A DNA stretch of 64,000 nucleotides from Candidatus Omnitrophota bacterium (GCA_043823435.1 JBDRAV010000003.1:96366-160365); one strand, 5' to 3'; shown: positions 43,216 to 52,165, counted from the first letter of the stretch. Notes: a model not told the origin generated them from the letters alone. Translations and numbers: made by a program.

Positions 43216-45181
43216 CCTGAATTTCCTGCGGGAGATTATTTGCAGTGTAGGTGCATTTGGGGAAATTCGAGCAACCGAAGAAGAAACCCCTTCGCGAGCG
43301 CCGCTCGATAAGCTCTCCGCCGCAGTCAGGTTGCGGGCATTTTACGCCGCTGGTGATCGATTTTGAGCTCTTACATTTGGGGTATGCAGAACAACTCAGG
43401 AACTTTCCGCGCCTTCCCCACTTTATGATCATCGGCTCCCCGCACTGGCCGCAGACCTCATCTGTTTTTATGACCTCCTTCTTGATATTCTTCTGGGCAA
43501 AATCAAGGTTCGCCTTAAAGGGGGTATAGAAATCTTCCAGGACCTTCTCTTTCTTGAGCCTGCCCTCCTCGATCTCATCAAGCTCATCTTCCATAAATGC
43601 GGTAAATTTGACGTCCATGATCTTCGGGAAATATTCAACCAGCATCTCGCAAACCTTAAATCCGAGCTCTGTCGGATGAAAATACCCTTTGATCCTGCGC
43701 GCGTAATCGCGCACCACCAGGGTATGGATTATCGGCGCGTATGTAGAGGGCCTGCCGATACCATCCTCTTCCAGCGCCTTTACCAGGGAACTGTCCGAGA
43801 AGCGCGCCGGCGGCTTGGTAAAATGCTGTGAAGGAAGTAATTTTACTAAATCCAGCATCTCGCCTTCTTCCAGTTTAGGAAGAACCTTCTTTTCCTTATC
43901 ATCCTGGTTATCGTTATTATAAAGCACCATAAACCCTTCAAAAATAGTAGTGGTCCCTGATGAGGTAAAGAGGTATTTATCCGCTCCGATCTCAGCTGTA
44001 GTCACAAGGTATCTTGCCGGAGTCATCTGGCTGGCGAGAAAACGGCGATAGATCAGTTCATATAATTTATACTGGTCAGGGGTAAGGAATTTCTGCATGC
44101 TCTCGGGAGCATGCGATATCAAACTCGGACGTATCGCCTCGTGCGCTGCCTGGGCATGCTTCTTTAATTTGTAGGTATTGGGTTCATCAGGAAGATAATC
44201 CTTGCCGAACTTCTTTGAGATGACGCTACGCACTTCTTTGAGCGCCTCAGGGGCGACGTGCGTAGAATCGGTACGCATATAAGTAATCAGGCCGGTGGGG
44301 ACATCCTCTCCGATATCAACGCCTTCATAAAGCTGCTGGGCTATCATCATGGTCTTTCCGGCATTAAACCTGAGTTTATTAAATGCCTCCTGCTGCATGG
44401 TGCTGGTAATGAAAGGCGGGTAAGGATTACGCTTCCTCTCTGTTTTCTTTATGCCTGAGACCGTAAAGGGCTCATCATTCAGCTGGGCGGTTATATTATC
44501 CGCCTGCGCCTTATCATTTATTTTTGCCTCCTCTCCCGATATCCTGGATAATTTAGCTAAAAATGGTTCGCCTGCGACTTTCTTCTTAAGCTCTGCCTCT
44601 ATCTCCCAATACTCCTGCGGCAGGAAACTATTTATCTCCTTCTCCCTTTCTATGATTAGCCTTAAGGCCACGGACTGTACTCTTCCTGCGCTTAATCCAC
44701 GCACAATCTTCTTCCAAAGCAGGGGGCTTAAGAAATAACCCACTATCCTGTCTAATATCCTGCGGCTTGCCTGCGCCTCGACCATATTCATGTCAAAATC
44801 GCGCGGGCTGTTAAATGCCTCTTTTATCGCCGCGGGGGTTATCTCATGAAAAACCACGCGCATGACCTTCCTCTTCTTTAAGAATTTATTTTTGATATGC
44901 CAGCCTATGGCCTCACCTTCGCGGTCAGGGTCTGTGGCCACGTATATATCACTCTTATCCTTGGATTCCTTTTTTAAGGCAGAGACCACCTTATCCCTCT
45001 TTTCCGTCAGTACATAAGAAGGCGCGAAGCCGTTTTCAATATCCACGCCCAGCTCCTTTTGCGGCAGGTCAATAAGATGGCCGTAAGATGGGATCACGCA
45101 GAACTTATCGCCCATGATCCTGCTGATAGTTTTTGCCTTGGTAGGCGATTCCACGATGATTAAGGCATCATTTTTCTTCAT
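43172..45181 (-). CDS. topA: DNA topoisomerase I
   Basis: 669 aa. TOPRIM N-terminus (LIIVESPTKAKT), the active-site Tyr region, and two C-terminal Cys4 zinc ribbons. Confidence 0.95.
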   Translation of the reverse strand: MKKNDALIIVESPTKAKTISRIMGDKFCVIPSYGHLIDLPQKELGVDIENGFAPSYVLTEKRDKVVSALKKESKDKSDIYVATDPDREGEAIGWHIKNKFLKKRKVMRVVFHEITPAAIKEAFNSPRDFDMNMVEAQASRRILDRIVGYFLSPLLWKKIVRGLSAGRVQSVALRLIIEREKEINSFLPQEYWEIEAELKKKVAGEPFLAKLSRISGEEAKINDKAQADNITAQLNDEPFTVSGIKKTERKRNPYPPFITSTMQQEAFNKLRFNAGKTMMIAQQLYEGVDIGEDVPTGLITYMRTDSTHVAPEALKEVRSVISKKFGKDYLPDEPNTYKLKKHAQAAHEAIRPSLISHAPESMQKFLTPDQYKLYELIYRRFLASQMTPARYLVTTAEIGADKYLFTSSGTTTIFEGFMVLYNNDNQDDKEKKVLPKLEEGEMLDLVKLLPSQHFTKPPARFSDSSLVKALEEDGIGRPSTYAPIIHTLVVRDYARRIKGYFHPTELGFKVCEMLVEYFPKIMDVKFTAFMEDELDEIEEGRLKKEKVLEDFYTPFKANLDFAQKNIKKEVIKTDEVCGQCGEPMIIKWGRRGKFLSCSAYPKCKSSKSITSGVKCPQPDCGGELIERRSRRGFFFGCSNFPKCTYTANNLPQEIQDEEDKEPDNGNDNG

Positions 45182-45185
45182 ATTA

Positions 45186-46295
45186 TTATGCGCTCATCCT
45201 TATAAATTGTTTTCCCGGCATCTCCCTGACTAGCCGGCGCAGCTGTAGGTTCAGAATTATCCCCGATATCCTGGCAATATCCAGACCGGACCTCTCGGCG
45301 ATATCATCCATAAGAATAGGTTCGTCCTGAATTAAATTATATAAAAGAGACTCTTTATCGGATAAAACAACCTTACCGTTCGGATCGGCCGGTTCTTTTA
45401 TCTTCTGCTCAGCCGTGGTTAAGGCAGGCGGCAGGTTGAACTCCTCTATAATATCATCGGCGCAGGAGACGAGCTTTGCCCCCTGCTTGATCATCTCATT
45501 TGTGCCAAAAGAATTCCCCGAATCTATCTTGCCGGGCAATGCAAAAACATCCCTGCCCTGCTCAAGCGCGCAATCCACCGTGATCAGGGCGCCGCTATTC
45601 CTGGCTGCCTCGACTACGAGAACGCCCAGGGATAAACCGCTGATTATACGGTTACGCCTGGGAAAATTCTGCGCCAATGGCCTTGTATTTATAGAAAACT
45701 CCGATACTACTGCCCCGGATCGTGAAATCTCTTCCATCAACCCTTTATTCTCGGGCGGATAGATATAATGAAAACCACTTCCTATCACAGCGATAGTGCG
45801 ACCTTTTTCTTTTAGCGCGCCCTTATGGCTTGCCGTATCTATACCGCGCGCTAAGCCCGAGACAACTGTAAAACCGCGGTTTACTAAATCGCCTGCTAAC
45901 CTCTCTGCAGAGCTAAGCCCGTAAAATGATGCCCGGCGCGAACCTACTATTGCGATACTTAATCTATCCTCTTGCTTTAACTCGCCTTTTACATAAAGTA
46001 CAAGCGGCGGATCAGGAATATGTTTCAGGTTTTCGGGATAAATATCATCGCCTATGGCGATGATATTTAGGTTATATTTTTCCGCTAACTTTAATTCCGC
46101 ATCTATATCTTCTTCCTTAAGGGATGCGATCTTTGCGGCGATATTCCCGCCTATGCCAAAGACTAACGTTAATTCATCTTCCCGGGCTTTGAGGATATTC
46201 TCGGGGGTACCAAAGATATCTATCAGCTTCTTTAAGCGCGCGCTGCCGATACCGCAGAACATATTCAGGCCAACGAGTGCCTTAAATCGTGTCAT
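45186..46295 (-). CDS. dprA: DNA-processing protein DprA/Smf
   Basis: 369 aa. DprA Rossmann-like core (VVSGLARGIDTASH). The dprA-topA order matches that seen in many genomes. Confidence 0.9.
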   Translation of the reverse strand: MTRFKALVGLNMFCGIGSARLKKLIDIFGTPENILKAREDELTLVFGIGGNIAAKIASLKEEDIDAELKLAEKYNLNIIAIGDDIYPENLKHIPDPPLVLYVKGELKQEDRLSIAIVGSRRASFYGLSSAERLAGDLVNRGFTVVSGLARGIDTASHKGALKEKGRTIAVIGSGFHYIYPPENKGLMEEISRSGAVVSEFSINTRPLAQNFPRRNRIISGLSLGVLVVEAARNSGALITVDCALEQGRDVFALPGKIDSGNSFGTNEMIKQGAKLVSCADDIIEEFNLPPALTTAEQKIKEPADPNGKVVLSDKESLLYNLIQDEPILMDDIAERSGLDIARISGIILNLQLRRLVREMPGKQFIRMSA

Positions 46296-46315
46296 ATCTC
46301 GGGAGAAACTCTTTT

Positions 46316-46374
46316 TAGGGACAGCGACTATTTTTTATTCTTACTGGCTTTGCAAAAAGTAGTCGCTGTCCCTA
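46316..46374. repeat. 15-bp perfect-stem hairpin at the aroK-dprA junction
   Basis: tagggacagcgacta (46316-46330) pairs with tagtcgctgtcccta (46360-46374) around a 29-nt loop. The right arm contains the aroK stop codon. Confidence 0.8.
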
Positions 46375-46866
46375 CTTTAGCTTTGCGATCTTCTCTACCA
46401 CTTCTTTTATCGAAAGCTTGGAAGTATCAATGGTTTTATCTGTCTTTGCGTAGTAAGGCGCGCGTAATTTCAAAAGATGCTCTATCTGTTTCTTTGGGTC
46501 CTTTACGTTCAGCAAGGGACGGTGAGCGCAACTACTCGTCCTTTTCAGGATAACCGCGGGTGTAGCAGTAAGGCAGATGAGGGTTCCTGTCTTCTTCATC
46601 ACCTCTATATTCTCTTCATCAATAACTATACCCCCTCCGCAGGCAACCACGAATTTCTTTTGAGCGGCCACCTCCTTTAAAATCCGCTTCTCTACCTTGC
46701 GAAAATAAGGTTCGCCGGATCTGGCAAAGATATCCGGAATAATCCTCTTCTCCTTAAGCTCAATCAGGCCATCCAGGTCAACAAATTGCAGCTTCTTCTT
46801 CTTCGCAAGCTCTCTGCCTACGGCGGTTTTGCCTGTTCCCATAAACCCAACTAAATAAATATTCAT
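46372..46866 (-). CDS. aroK: shikimate kinase
   Basis: 164 aa. GFMGTGKT P-loop. Confidence 0.9.
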   Translation of the reverse strand: MNIYLVGFMGTGKTAVGRELAKKKKLQFVDLDGLIELKEKRIIPDIFARSGEPYFRKVEKRILKEVAAQKKFVVACGGGIVIDEENIEVMKKTGTLICLTATPAVILKRTSSCAHRPLLNVKDPKKQIEHLLKLRAPYYAKTDKTIDTSKLSIKEVVEKIAKLK

Positions 46867-46873
46867 ATCCGCA

Positions 46874-46902
46874 ATTCTATCATATACTTAAAGCGCTGTC
46901 AA
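46874..46902 (-). promoter_or_regulatory. sigma-70-type promoter of aroK, predicting a leaderless or near-leaderless mRNA
   Basis: Minus strand reads TTGACA (46902-46897), a 17-nt spacer, then TAGAAT (46879-46874). Only 7 nt (tgcggat) separate the -10 from the aroK ATG at 46866, and there is no SD. Confidence 0.55.
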
Positions 46903-46906
46903 ACTA

Positions 46907-46944
46907 TAAAAGCCCGCTATTTGCCTAAAAAATAGCGGGCTTTT
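46907..46944 (-). terminator. intrinsic terminator after spoVG (bidirectional shape)
   Basis: A 12-bp stem, AGCCCGCTATTT (46911-46922) with AAATAGCGGGCT (46930-46941), flanked by A and T runs. It lies immediately upstream of the aroK promoter. Confidence 0.7.
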
Positions 46945-46952
46945 ACCCAAAC

Positions 46953-47216
46953 CTACTCCTGATAAGCTGCCAGGACCGCTTCGGTTAAATTCTGGCGCGC
47001 CTCTTTTGTTGTAGGATAGAAGGCATTATACCATTTGCCATCCTTAGCCTTCTCCTGAGGCAGGCCTACAAAGAGTCCCTTCTGCCCTTTTAGTACGCGA
47101 AAGCCCTTGATAATAAAATCACCGATGCTGACATCTACAAAGGCCTTCAGCTTGGTATCGCCGTCAATCCTGTAAATGCGGCTTACCTGAATCGCGTTAT
47201 CCTCCATCTCTATCAC
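46953..47216 (-). CDS. spoVG: SpoVG family protein
   Basis: 87 aa. SpoVG-like (KAFVDVSIGDFIIKGFRVL...GLFVGLP). The alternative ATG at 47207 has better RBS spacing. Confidence 0.9.
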   Translation of the reverse strand: MIEMEDNAIQVSRIYRIDGDTKLKAFVDVSIGDFIIKGFRVLKGQKGLFVGLPQEKAKDGKWYNAFYPTTKEARQNLTEAVLAAYQE

Positions 47217-47253
47217 CCCCTTCTATATTAAGAGACGAGGGAAGAGATATTTT

Positions 47254-48294
47254 CTAACGCGTTTTTTTCAGATAATTTTTGTAATTATCCTTTATATCAG
47301 ATAGTGAGTCGCTGCCGAACTTCTCAAGGAGGGCATCTGCCAGTACATAAGCAAGGGCGGACTCGGCGATTACGCCTGCTGCCTCTACCACGCAGATATC
47401 CGAACGCTCAACAGACGCCTTGGCAGGCTTCCTGCTGACAATATTCACGGAATTAAGGGGTTTAAGCAGAGTCGCGATCGGCTTCATGGCGGCGCGGATA
47501 ATAATATCCTCGCCGTTAGATATGCCACCTTCAATGCCTCCGGCATTATTCGTCTTATGGAAATAACCCCTTGCCTTATTGTAGTAGATAGCGTCATGGC
47601 ACTCAGAGCCGAATTTGTGCGCATATCCAAAACCCAGGCCTATTGCTACTGCTTTTACTCCGGGTATAGACATTATGCCTTGCGCTATGCGGCCATCAAG
47701 CCGCCTGTCAGGTTGAACATAGCTTCCCAAACCACAAGGCACGCCTTGGGCTATAACTTCAAATGCGCCTCCTATAGTATCCTTATTATCCTTAGCCAGC
47801 TTTATTTTTTTAACCATCGATTCAATTCCCGGCTCTCCTCCGATAGAAAGAACCAGGCTGGCTATATCTATGCCAAACTCCCCTAAAAGTACCTTGCATA
47901 CCGCGCCTATCCCTACGCGGATAGCGGTCTCTCTGGCAGATGCGCGCTCAAGGACATTGCGCGCGTCTTTAAACCCATATTTTAAAATACCAGCCAGATC
48001 CGCATGCCCGGGGCGCGGACAGAACACAGAAGGAAGCTTCTCAATAGTAAAATCCTTATTCTTGATACAGAGCGTAATCGGGCTCCCCAGAGTCACGCCT
48101 TTCTTAAGACCTGAGACTATCCTGGCTTTGTCATTCTCTATCTGCATGCGCGCACCTCGGCCAAAACCCTGCTGCCTGCGCTTTAATTCCGCATTTATCA
48201 TCACCTCGCTAAGTTTAAGTCCTGCGGGGATATTCTCTAAAATAGCCACTAGCGCCTCACCGTGCGATTCACCTGCAGTCAAATATCTCAACAT
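47254..48294 (-). CDS. aroC: chorismate synthase
   Basis: LRYLTAGESHG N-terminus. ATG at 48294 has GGAGGT 6 nt upstream, whereas the ORF-track start at 48306 is a TTG inside the RBS. Confidence 0.95.
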   Translation of the reverse strand: MLRYLTAGESHGEALVAILENIPAGLKLSEVMINAELKRRQQGFGRGARMQIENDKARIVSGLKKGVTLGSPITLCIKNKDFTIEKLPSVFCPRPGHADLAGILKYGFKDARNVLERASARETAIRVGIGAVCKVLLGEFGIDIASLVLSIGGEPGIESMVKKIKLAKDNKDTIGGAFEVIAQGVPCGLGSYVQPDRRLDGRIAQGIMSIPGVKAVAIGLGFGYAHKFGSECHDAIYYNKARGYFHKTNNAGGIEGGISNGEDIIIRAAMKPIATLLKPLNSVNIVSRKPAKASVERSDICVVEAAGVIAESALAYVLADALLEKFGSDSLSDIKDNYKNYLKKTR

Positions 48295-48310
48295 ATCTAC
48301 CTCCAATTTT

Positions 48311-48367
48311 GCACCTGGTGCCAGATTAACTTTGCACCAGGTGCAAAGTTAAGATTGTACCTGTCCC
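48311..48367. repeat. 23-nt-periodic array, 3 units, core GCACCWGGTGC
   Basis: Unit starts at 48311, 48334 and 48357. Cores read gcacctggtgc / gcaccaggtgc / gtacctgtccc. Unit 2 is the centre of a 25-nt perfect palindrome at 48327-48351. Confidence 0.85.
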
Positions 48368-48369
48368 CT

Positions 48370-48933
48370 TTATCTCCAAAGCCCTCTTTTATTCTCCCGT
48401 GCCTCACGGTATAGCTTTAAAAATAAATCCGCGTATTTTACGTTAGGCGGAAAAGTCATCACCGACGCATACCCCTGCCTGATGATCTCCGCGTTCACGA
48501 AAGTATTATCCTTCTTTAAATATACGTAAGCCAAAAGCCGCTTATATTGGTCGTACTTCTCCACGTCAAATTCTAAACTTGCATGCTGGCCTTCTGCCAA
48601 ATTTCTCGTAAATTCATAAGCGCGCCTGCCTAACTCCTGAATAGCGCTAATTCTGCGTCCTGTCCTCTGACTATCCCGGTATAATTTATCTGACTCATGC
48701 ATCTCAGGCGTATCTATGCCGATAAGCCGCACCCTCTCCCCGGACTCAAGTTCTATGGTATCTCCGTCGATCACGCGCCTGATGAGGATATCAGTATAGT
48801 TATAGGTCTTACCGAAGGGTAATTTAAATTTCCAATCTTCGGTATTATAGATCACAACCGGCTCATCTGCTATAACCCGGCAAGCAAACCCTAAAGAGAG
48901 CGCTATAAGCAATAAGATAATGCGCTTTTTCAT
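48370..48933 (-). CDS. secreted thermonuclease (staphylococcal nuclease, SNase fold)
   Basis: 187 aa. Signal peptide and SNase-like motifs (VIDGDTIEL...VRLIGIDTPE). Confidence 0.8.
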   Translation of the reverse strand: MKKRIILLLIALSLGFACRVIADEPVVIYNTEDWKFKLPFGKTYNYTDILIRRVIDGDTIELESGERVRLIGIDTPEMHESDKLYRDSQRTGRRISAIQELGRRAYEFTRNLAEGQHASLEFDVEKYDQYKRLLAYVYLKKDNTFVNAEIIRQGYASVMTFPPNVKYADLFLKLYREARENKRGLWR

Positions 48934-48939
48934 CCTTGA

Positions 48940-49491
48940 TTACAGTGAAGCAGCAACAAAACCCGCCAACACTACTATATCCTCGGTGCAGAGTATATGG
49001 CTGATACTTTTATCAAAGAGTATGTTCGCCTCAGGCCCGAACTCATCATCCCCGCGCCAGAGGGTCACTATCACAGGCACACCCTCAAATGCCTCTACAA
49101 CAATCCCTATATCCCCCTGGTCAACCCTTTTTCCCGGAAGCCTGTCTAATGCTGCCAGGACAGCTTCGGGGTGAGAGCCGTATTTACGTATTATCGGCTC
49201 AATAGAACGTTTTCTGAAAGCAGCAGCATAACCCTCTACGCCGGAGAGCTCCTTAAAGCTCATCCACTCATTGCTTAAAAGCGGGAGCCCCTTTATCTTC
49301 TGCGCCAGATAGTGCAGGATGATGATCGCCGTGAAATCCTTTGCCGGCGCATTGCACGATAGAGAAAGAACCTTTTCTGCCTCAACATCTACTGTATATT
49401 CATCTGCTAAGAACTTGACGCTCAAACTCTTAGCGGGATTTAACGCCTTTAAGTCATCCCATCCCTTACGCAGGGCGACTTCGTAGCTCAT
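48940..49491 (-). CDS. DUF3786-like protein
   Basis: 183 aa. The overall resemblance to DUF3786 is by recollection only. Its start overlaps the stop of the upstream gene by 4 nt. Confidence 0.45.
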   Translation of the reverse strand: MSYEVALRKGWDDLKALNPAKSLSVKFLADEYTVDVEAEKVLSLSCNAPAKDFTAIIILHYLAQKIKGLPLLSNEWMSFKELSGVEGYAAAFRKRSIEPIIRKYGSHPEAVLAALDRLPGKRVDQGDIGIVVEAFEGVPVIVTLWRGDDEFGPEANILFDKSISHILCTEDIVVLAGFVAASL

Positions 49492-49991
49492 TTCGGCTCT
49501 AAGCCTTCTTGTTTCTTCTTGACCTGCTCGTTCTTTATTTTCATCAGGTCCGCTAAACCCTCTTTTGAAAAGATATATCTTAAGAAATCCTTGAAGGAAA
49601 CAAGGAAATCATAAATTTTCACTAAACTTCTTTCCCGTAGTAGCCGCACCTCTCCGCCGTCAAGCCATATACCATGCCCCTTAAGGCATATGTCTACGGT
49701 TATATTTTTCTCGCCTTTATATACGACCTTGGTCATAACTTCTGCACAGCACGGACAATTTCCTACTGCCTGGTCTATATCCGCAAGGAGCCCTTTTAAC
49801 TCCTCTAATTCCTTCCCATCGAACTCATCCCTGCCCAATTGGTCAAATTTGAAGTCCTTCGAGTCCTTCCTGAGTATGCTTTCCAGCTCACCGGCATCAA
49901 ACCAGATACCTTCGCATACAAAACAGGAATCAACTTCTGTATTTTCGATCGTTTTCTTCTTTAATTTACCCAGACATTTTGGGCAATCCAT
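49488..49991 (-). CDS. double TFIIB-type zinc-ribbon (zf-TFIIB) protein
   Basis: 167 aa. Two CPxC...C-x2-C-x-G-x-W-(F/L)D units (CPKC...CFVCEGIWFD and CPCC...CLKGHGIWLD). AAGGGGG SD. Confidence 0.6.
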   Translation of the reverse strand: MDCPKCLGKLKKKTIENTEVDSCFVCEGIWFDAGELESILRKDSKDFKFDQLGRDEFDGKELEELKGLLADIDQAVGNCPCCAEVMTKVVYKGEKNITVDICLKGHGIWLDGGEVRLLRERSLVKIYDFLVSFKDFLRYIFSKEGLADLMKIKNEQVKKKQEGLEPK

Positions 49992-50023
49992 GGTAACCCC
50001 CTTTTGGTATCTATTCTTCGCTT

Positions 50024-50052
50024 ATTTTACTCTTTTTAATTGGATAAATCAA
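50024..50052 (-). promoter_or_regulatory. sigma-70-type promoter for the zf-TFIIB / DUF3786 / nuclease operon
   Basis: Minus strand reads TTGATT (50052-50047), a 17-nt spacer, then TAAAAT (50029-50024). It lies back to back with the plus-strand promoter. Confidence 0.5.
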
Positions 50053-50069
50053 TAAATTTAGATTATAAT
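50040..50069 (+). promoter_or_regulatory. sigma-70-type promoter for the helicase transcript
   Basis: Plus strand reads TTGGAT (50040-50045), an 18-nt spacer, then TATAAT (50064-50069). This implies a leader of about 210 nt. Confidence 0.5.
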
Positions 50070-50229
50070 AAGTGAGGATATAAGTTACGGGGTAGCTATT
50101 AACTGGCTAAACGAAATAACTTATAAGTCCGAACTTATATTTGAGAAATAACGAATAACTAAGGATCTCCCTCGCATCTTAAATGAATATAGGGGTGCTC
50201 GGGATAAATTCGCAGACGCCCTACGGGCT

Positions 50230-50276
50230 ACAACTTACGTCATTACCATAAGTAAGTTAGCCGCTCCGTAAGTTGC
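50230..50276. repeat. ACAACTTACG plus two GTAAGTT(A/G) partners
   Basis: acaacttacg at 50230-50239, gtaagtta at 50252-50259 and cgtaagttg at 50267-50275. The element ends 12 nt before the helicase ATG. Confidence 0.7.
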
Positions 50277-50287
50277 CTGCTCATGTT

Positions 50288-52165
50288 ATGATTTATGACC
50301 GTTTCCAGAAGGAAGCGATTGATTACATCAACCAGGGGCACTCCGTTATTGTCTCCGCTCCCACCGGCGCGGGTAAGACCGCGATAGCCGAACATATTCT
50401 GGATACCTCAATCGAGAATAACAGGGGCGTAGTTTATACCGCTCCCATAAAGGCCCTCTCTAATCAGAAGTTCCGCGATTTCCATGGACAATTCGGGGAT
50501 AATATCGGGATATTGACCGGTGATGTATCGATAAACCCCGAAGCGCCTGTGCTGATTATGACTACCGAAATATTCCGTAATAAAATCCTGGATGAGCCGG
50601 GGAGTTTAGAGAAATACTCCTGGGTCATCTTTGACGAAGTCCATTATATTGATAACCCCGAGCGCGGAACGGTGTGGGAGGAATCACTCATATTCCTTCC
50701 AAAACACATGAACGTACTCGCCCTCTCTGCAACCATACCTAATATCAATAAATTAGCGGAGTGGATTCAGTCTATACATAATAAGCCGGTAAAGACGGTG
50801 ATCGAGGATAAGAGGCCTGTACCTTTACACTTCTTCTACCAATGCCAGAACGAGATCGTGGATAATATAAACAGCTTAAAGAGGCTGGGCCCGGGGAGGC
50901 AAAACCGGATGAACTCCCTAATTAACTATATCCGCCAGAAAGAGGGGCTCCCCTGTATCTATTTTGTTTTCGGAAGAAGGCGCGCCGAAGATTTAGCCCT
51001 GGAACTACACAGCTATAATTTCCTGAGCGCAGATGAGCGTAAAAATATATTATCCCTGTATGACTCCCTCTGCGAGCGCTTTGACTTAAAACATGAAAGG
51101 TCTGCGCAGACATTGTATTCTCTTATCCAGAACGGTATCGCCTATCACCACGCCGGGATGCTCCCCACCTTAAAGGAAGTTATTGAAAGGTTGTTCACCA
51201 GCCGCCTCTTAAAGGTTATTTTTACTACCGAGACCTTTGCCCTCGGGATAAATATGCCCAGTCGCACGGTTATCTTTGATAATTTAAGGAAATATTACGG
51301 CCGGTATATCAGGACATTAAAGACGCGCGATTTCTACCAGATGGCAGGACGCGCAGGCAGGCGCGGGATAGATAAGGAGGGTTTTGTCTATTGCCGGATA
51401 AACCCCGCGCGAATAAACCTGGATGATGTAAAACGCATCATCTACGGAAGGCCCGAAGAGGTTAGGAGTCAGCTGAATTCATCTTACGCCACTATCCTTA
51501 ACCTCTATGAAAAGCATAAAGAAGAAATCTACAAAATATATCCTCTCTCCCTGCATTATTTCCAGTCCAAAAAACATGAGCAAAGAGAGGCATTAAGGTT
51601 AATTGAAGCGAAATTAAAGCTCCTTCGAGATTTGAATTATCTTTCAGGGGATACGCTGACCAAAAAGGGTCAGTTCGCAAAGACCGTCTATGGCTACGAA
51701 CTTATCTTGTCTGAACTTTACGATGAGAATATTTTAGAACAGCTGGATGAATTTGACCTGGGGATCCTGACGGCGGCAACAGTATTTGAACCCCGTAAGA
51801 ATCAAAAGATGCTCGGGATATCAAAACCTGCGCGCAGGATAAAGAGGGCTTGCGAGGAGATATACGACAGGATAAAGGCAAAAGAGATGAAGTGCAGGAT
51901 CTATCCCTCTAGCAAGATACCGTACTTTCACCTGAGTAATTGCATGGAGGCGTGGCTGCGGGGGACAACCTTTGATAAGATACTACGATTTACGGATACA
52001 GATGAAGGCGAGATCGTGCGCTATTTCAGGATGAGCGTGCAGATCTTACGCGAAATCAACGACGCCAAGGTCGCCTCTTGTATCTTAAAAGATCGAATTA
52101 AAGAAACTATCCGCGTCATCAACCGCGACATCATCGACGCCGAAAAACAATTAAGAGAAGGTTAA
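50288..52165 (+). CDS. Ski2-like DEAD/DEAH-box helicase with DSHCT-like C-terminus
   Basis: Helicase motifs APTGAGKT, DEVH, SAT and QMAGRAGRRG, with a C-terminal DEGEIVRYFR. I prefer ATG 50288 (MIYDRF) over the ORF-track TTG at 50273. This is the only plus-strand gene. Confidence 0.85.
   Translation: MIYDRFQKEAIDYINQGHSVIVSAPTGAGKTAIAEHILDTSIENNRGVVYTAPIKALSNQKFRDFHGQFGDNIGILTGDVSINPEAPVLIMTTEIFRNKILDEPGSLEKYSWVIFDEVHYIDNPERGTVWEESLIFLPKHMNVLALSATIPNINKLAEWIQSIHNKPVKTVIEDKRPVPLHFFYQCQNEIVDNINSLKRLGPGRQNRMNSLINYIRQKEGLPCIYFVFGRRRAEDLALELHSYNFLSADERKNILSLYDSLCERFDLKHERSAQTLYSLIQNGIAYHHAGMLPTLKEVIERLFTSRLLKVIFTTETFALGINMPSRTVIFDNLRKYYGRYIRTLKTRDFYQMAGRAGRRGIDKEGFVYCRINPARINLDDVKRIIYGRPEEVRSQLNSSYATILNLYEKHKEEIYKIYPLSLHYFQSKKHEQREALRLIEAKLKLLRDLNYLSGDTLTKKGQFAKTVYGYELILSELYDENILEQLDEFDLGILTAATVFEPRKNQKMLGISKPARRIKRACEEIYDRIKAKEMKCRIYPSSKIPYFHLSNCMEAWLRGTTFDKILRFTDTDEGEIVRYFRMSVQILREINDAKVASCILKDRIKETIRVINRDIIDAEKQLREG

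Noticed and set aside
50076-50287. A known riboswitch class, or the 22-codon ORF at 50183-50251, in the helicase leader.
   Set aside because: I could not match any riboswitch consensus I know (purine, c-di-GMP, preQ1, ZTP or fluoride). The small ORF has no SD and runs through repeat sequence. It is kept only as an unexplained structured leader.
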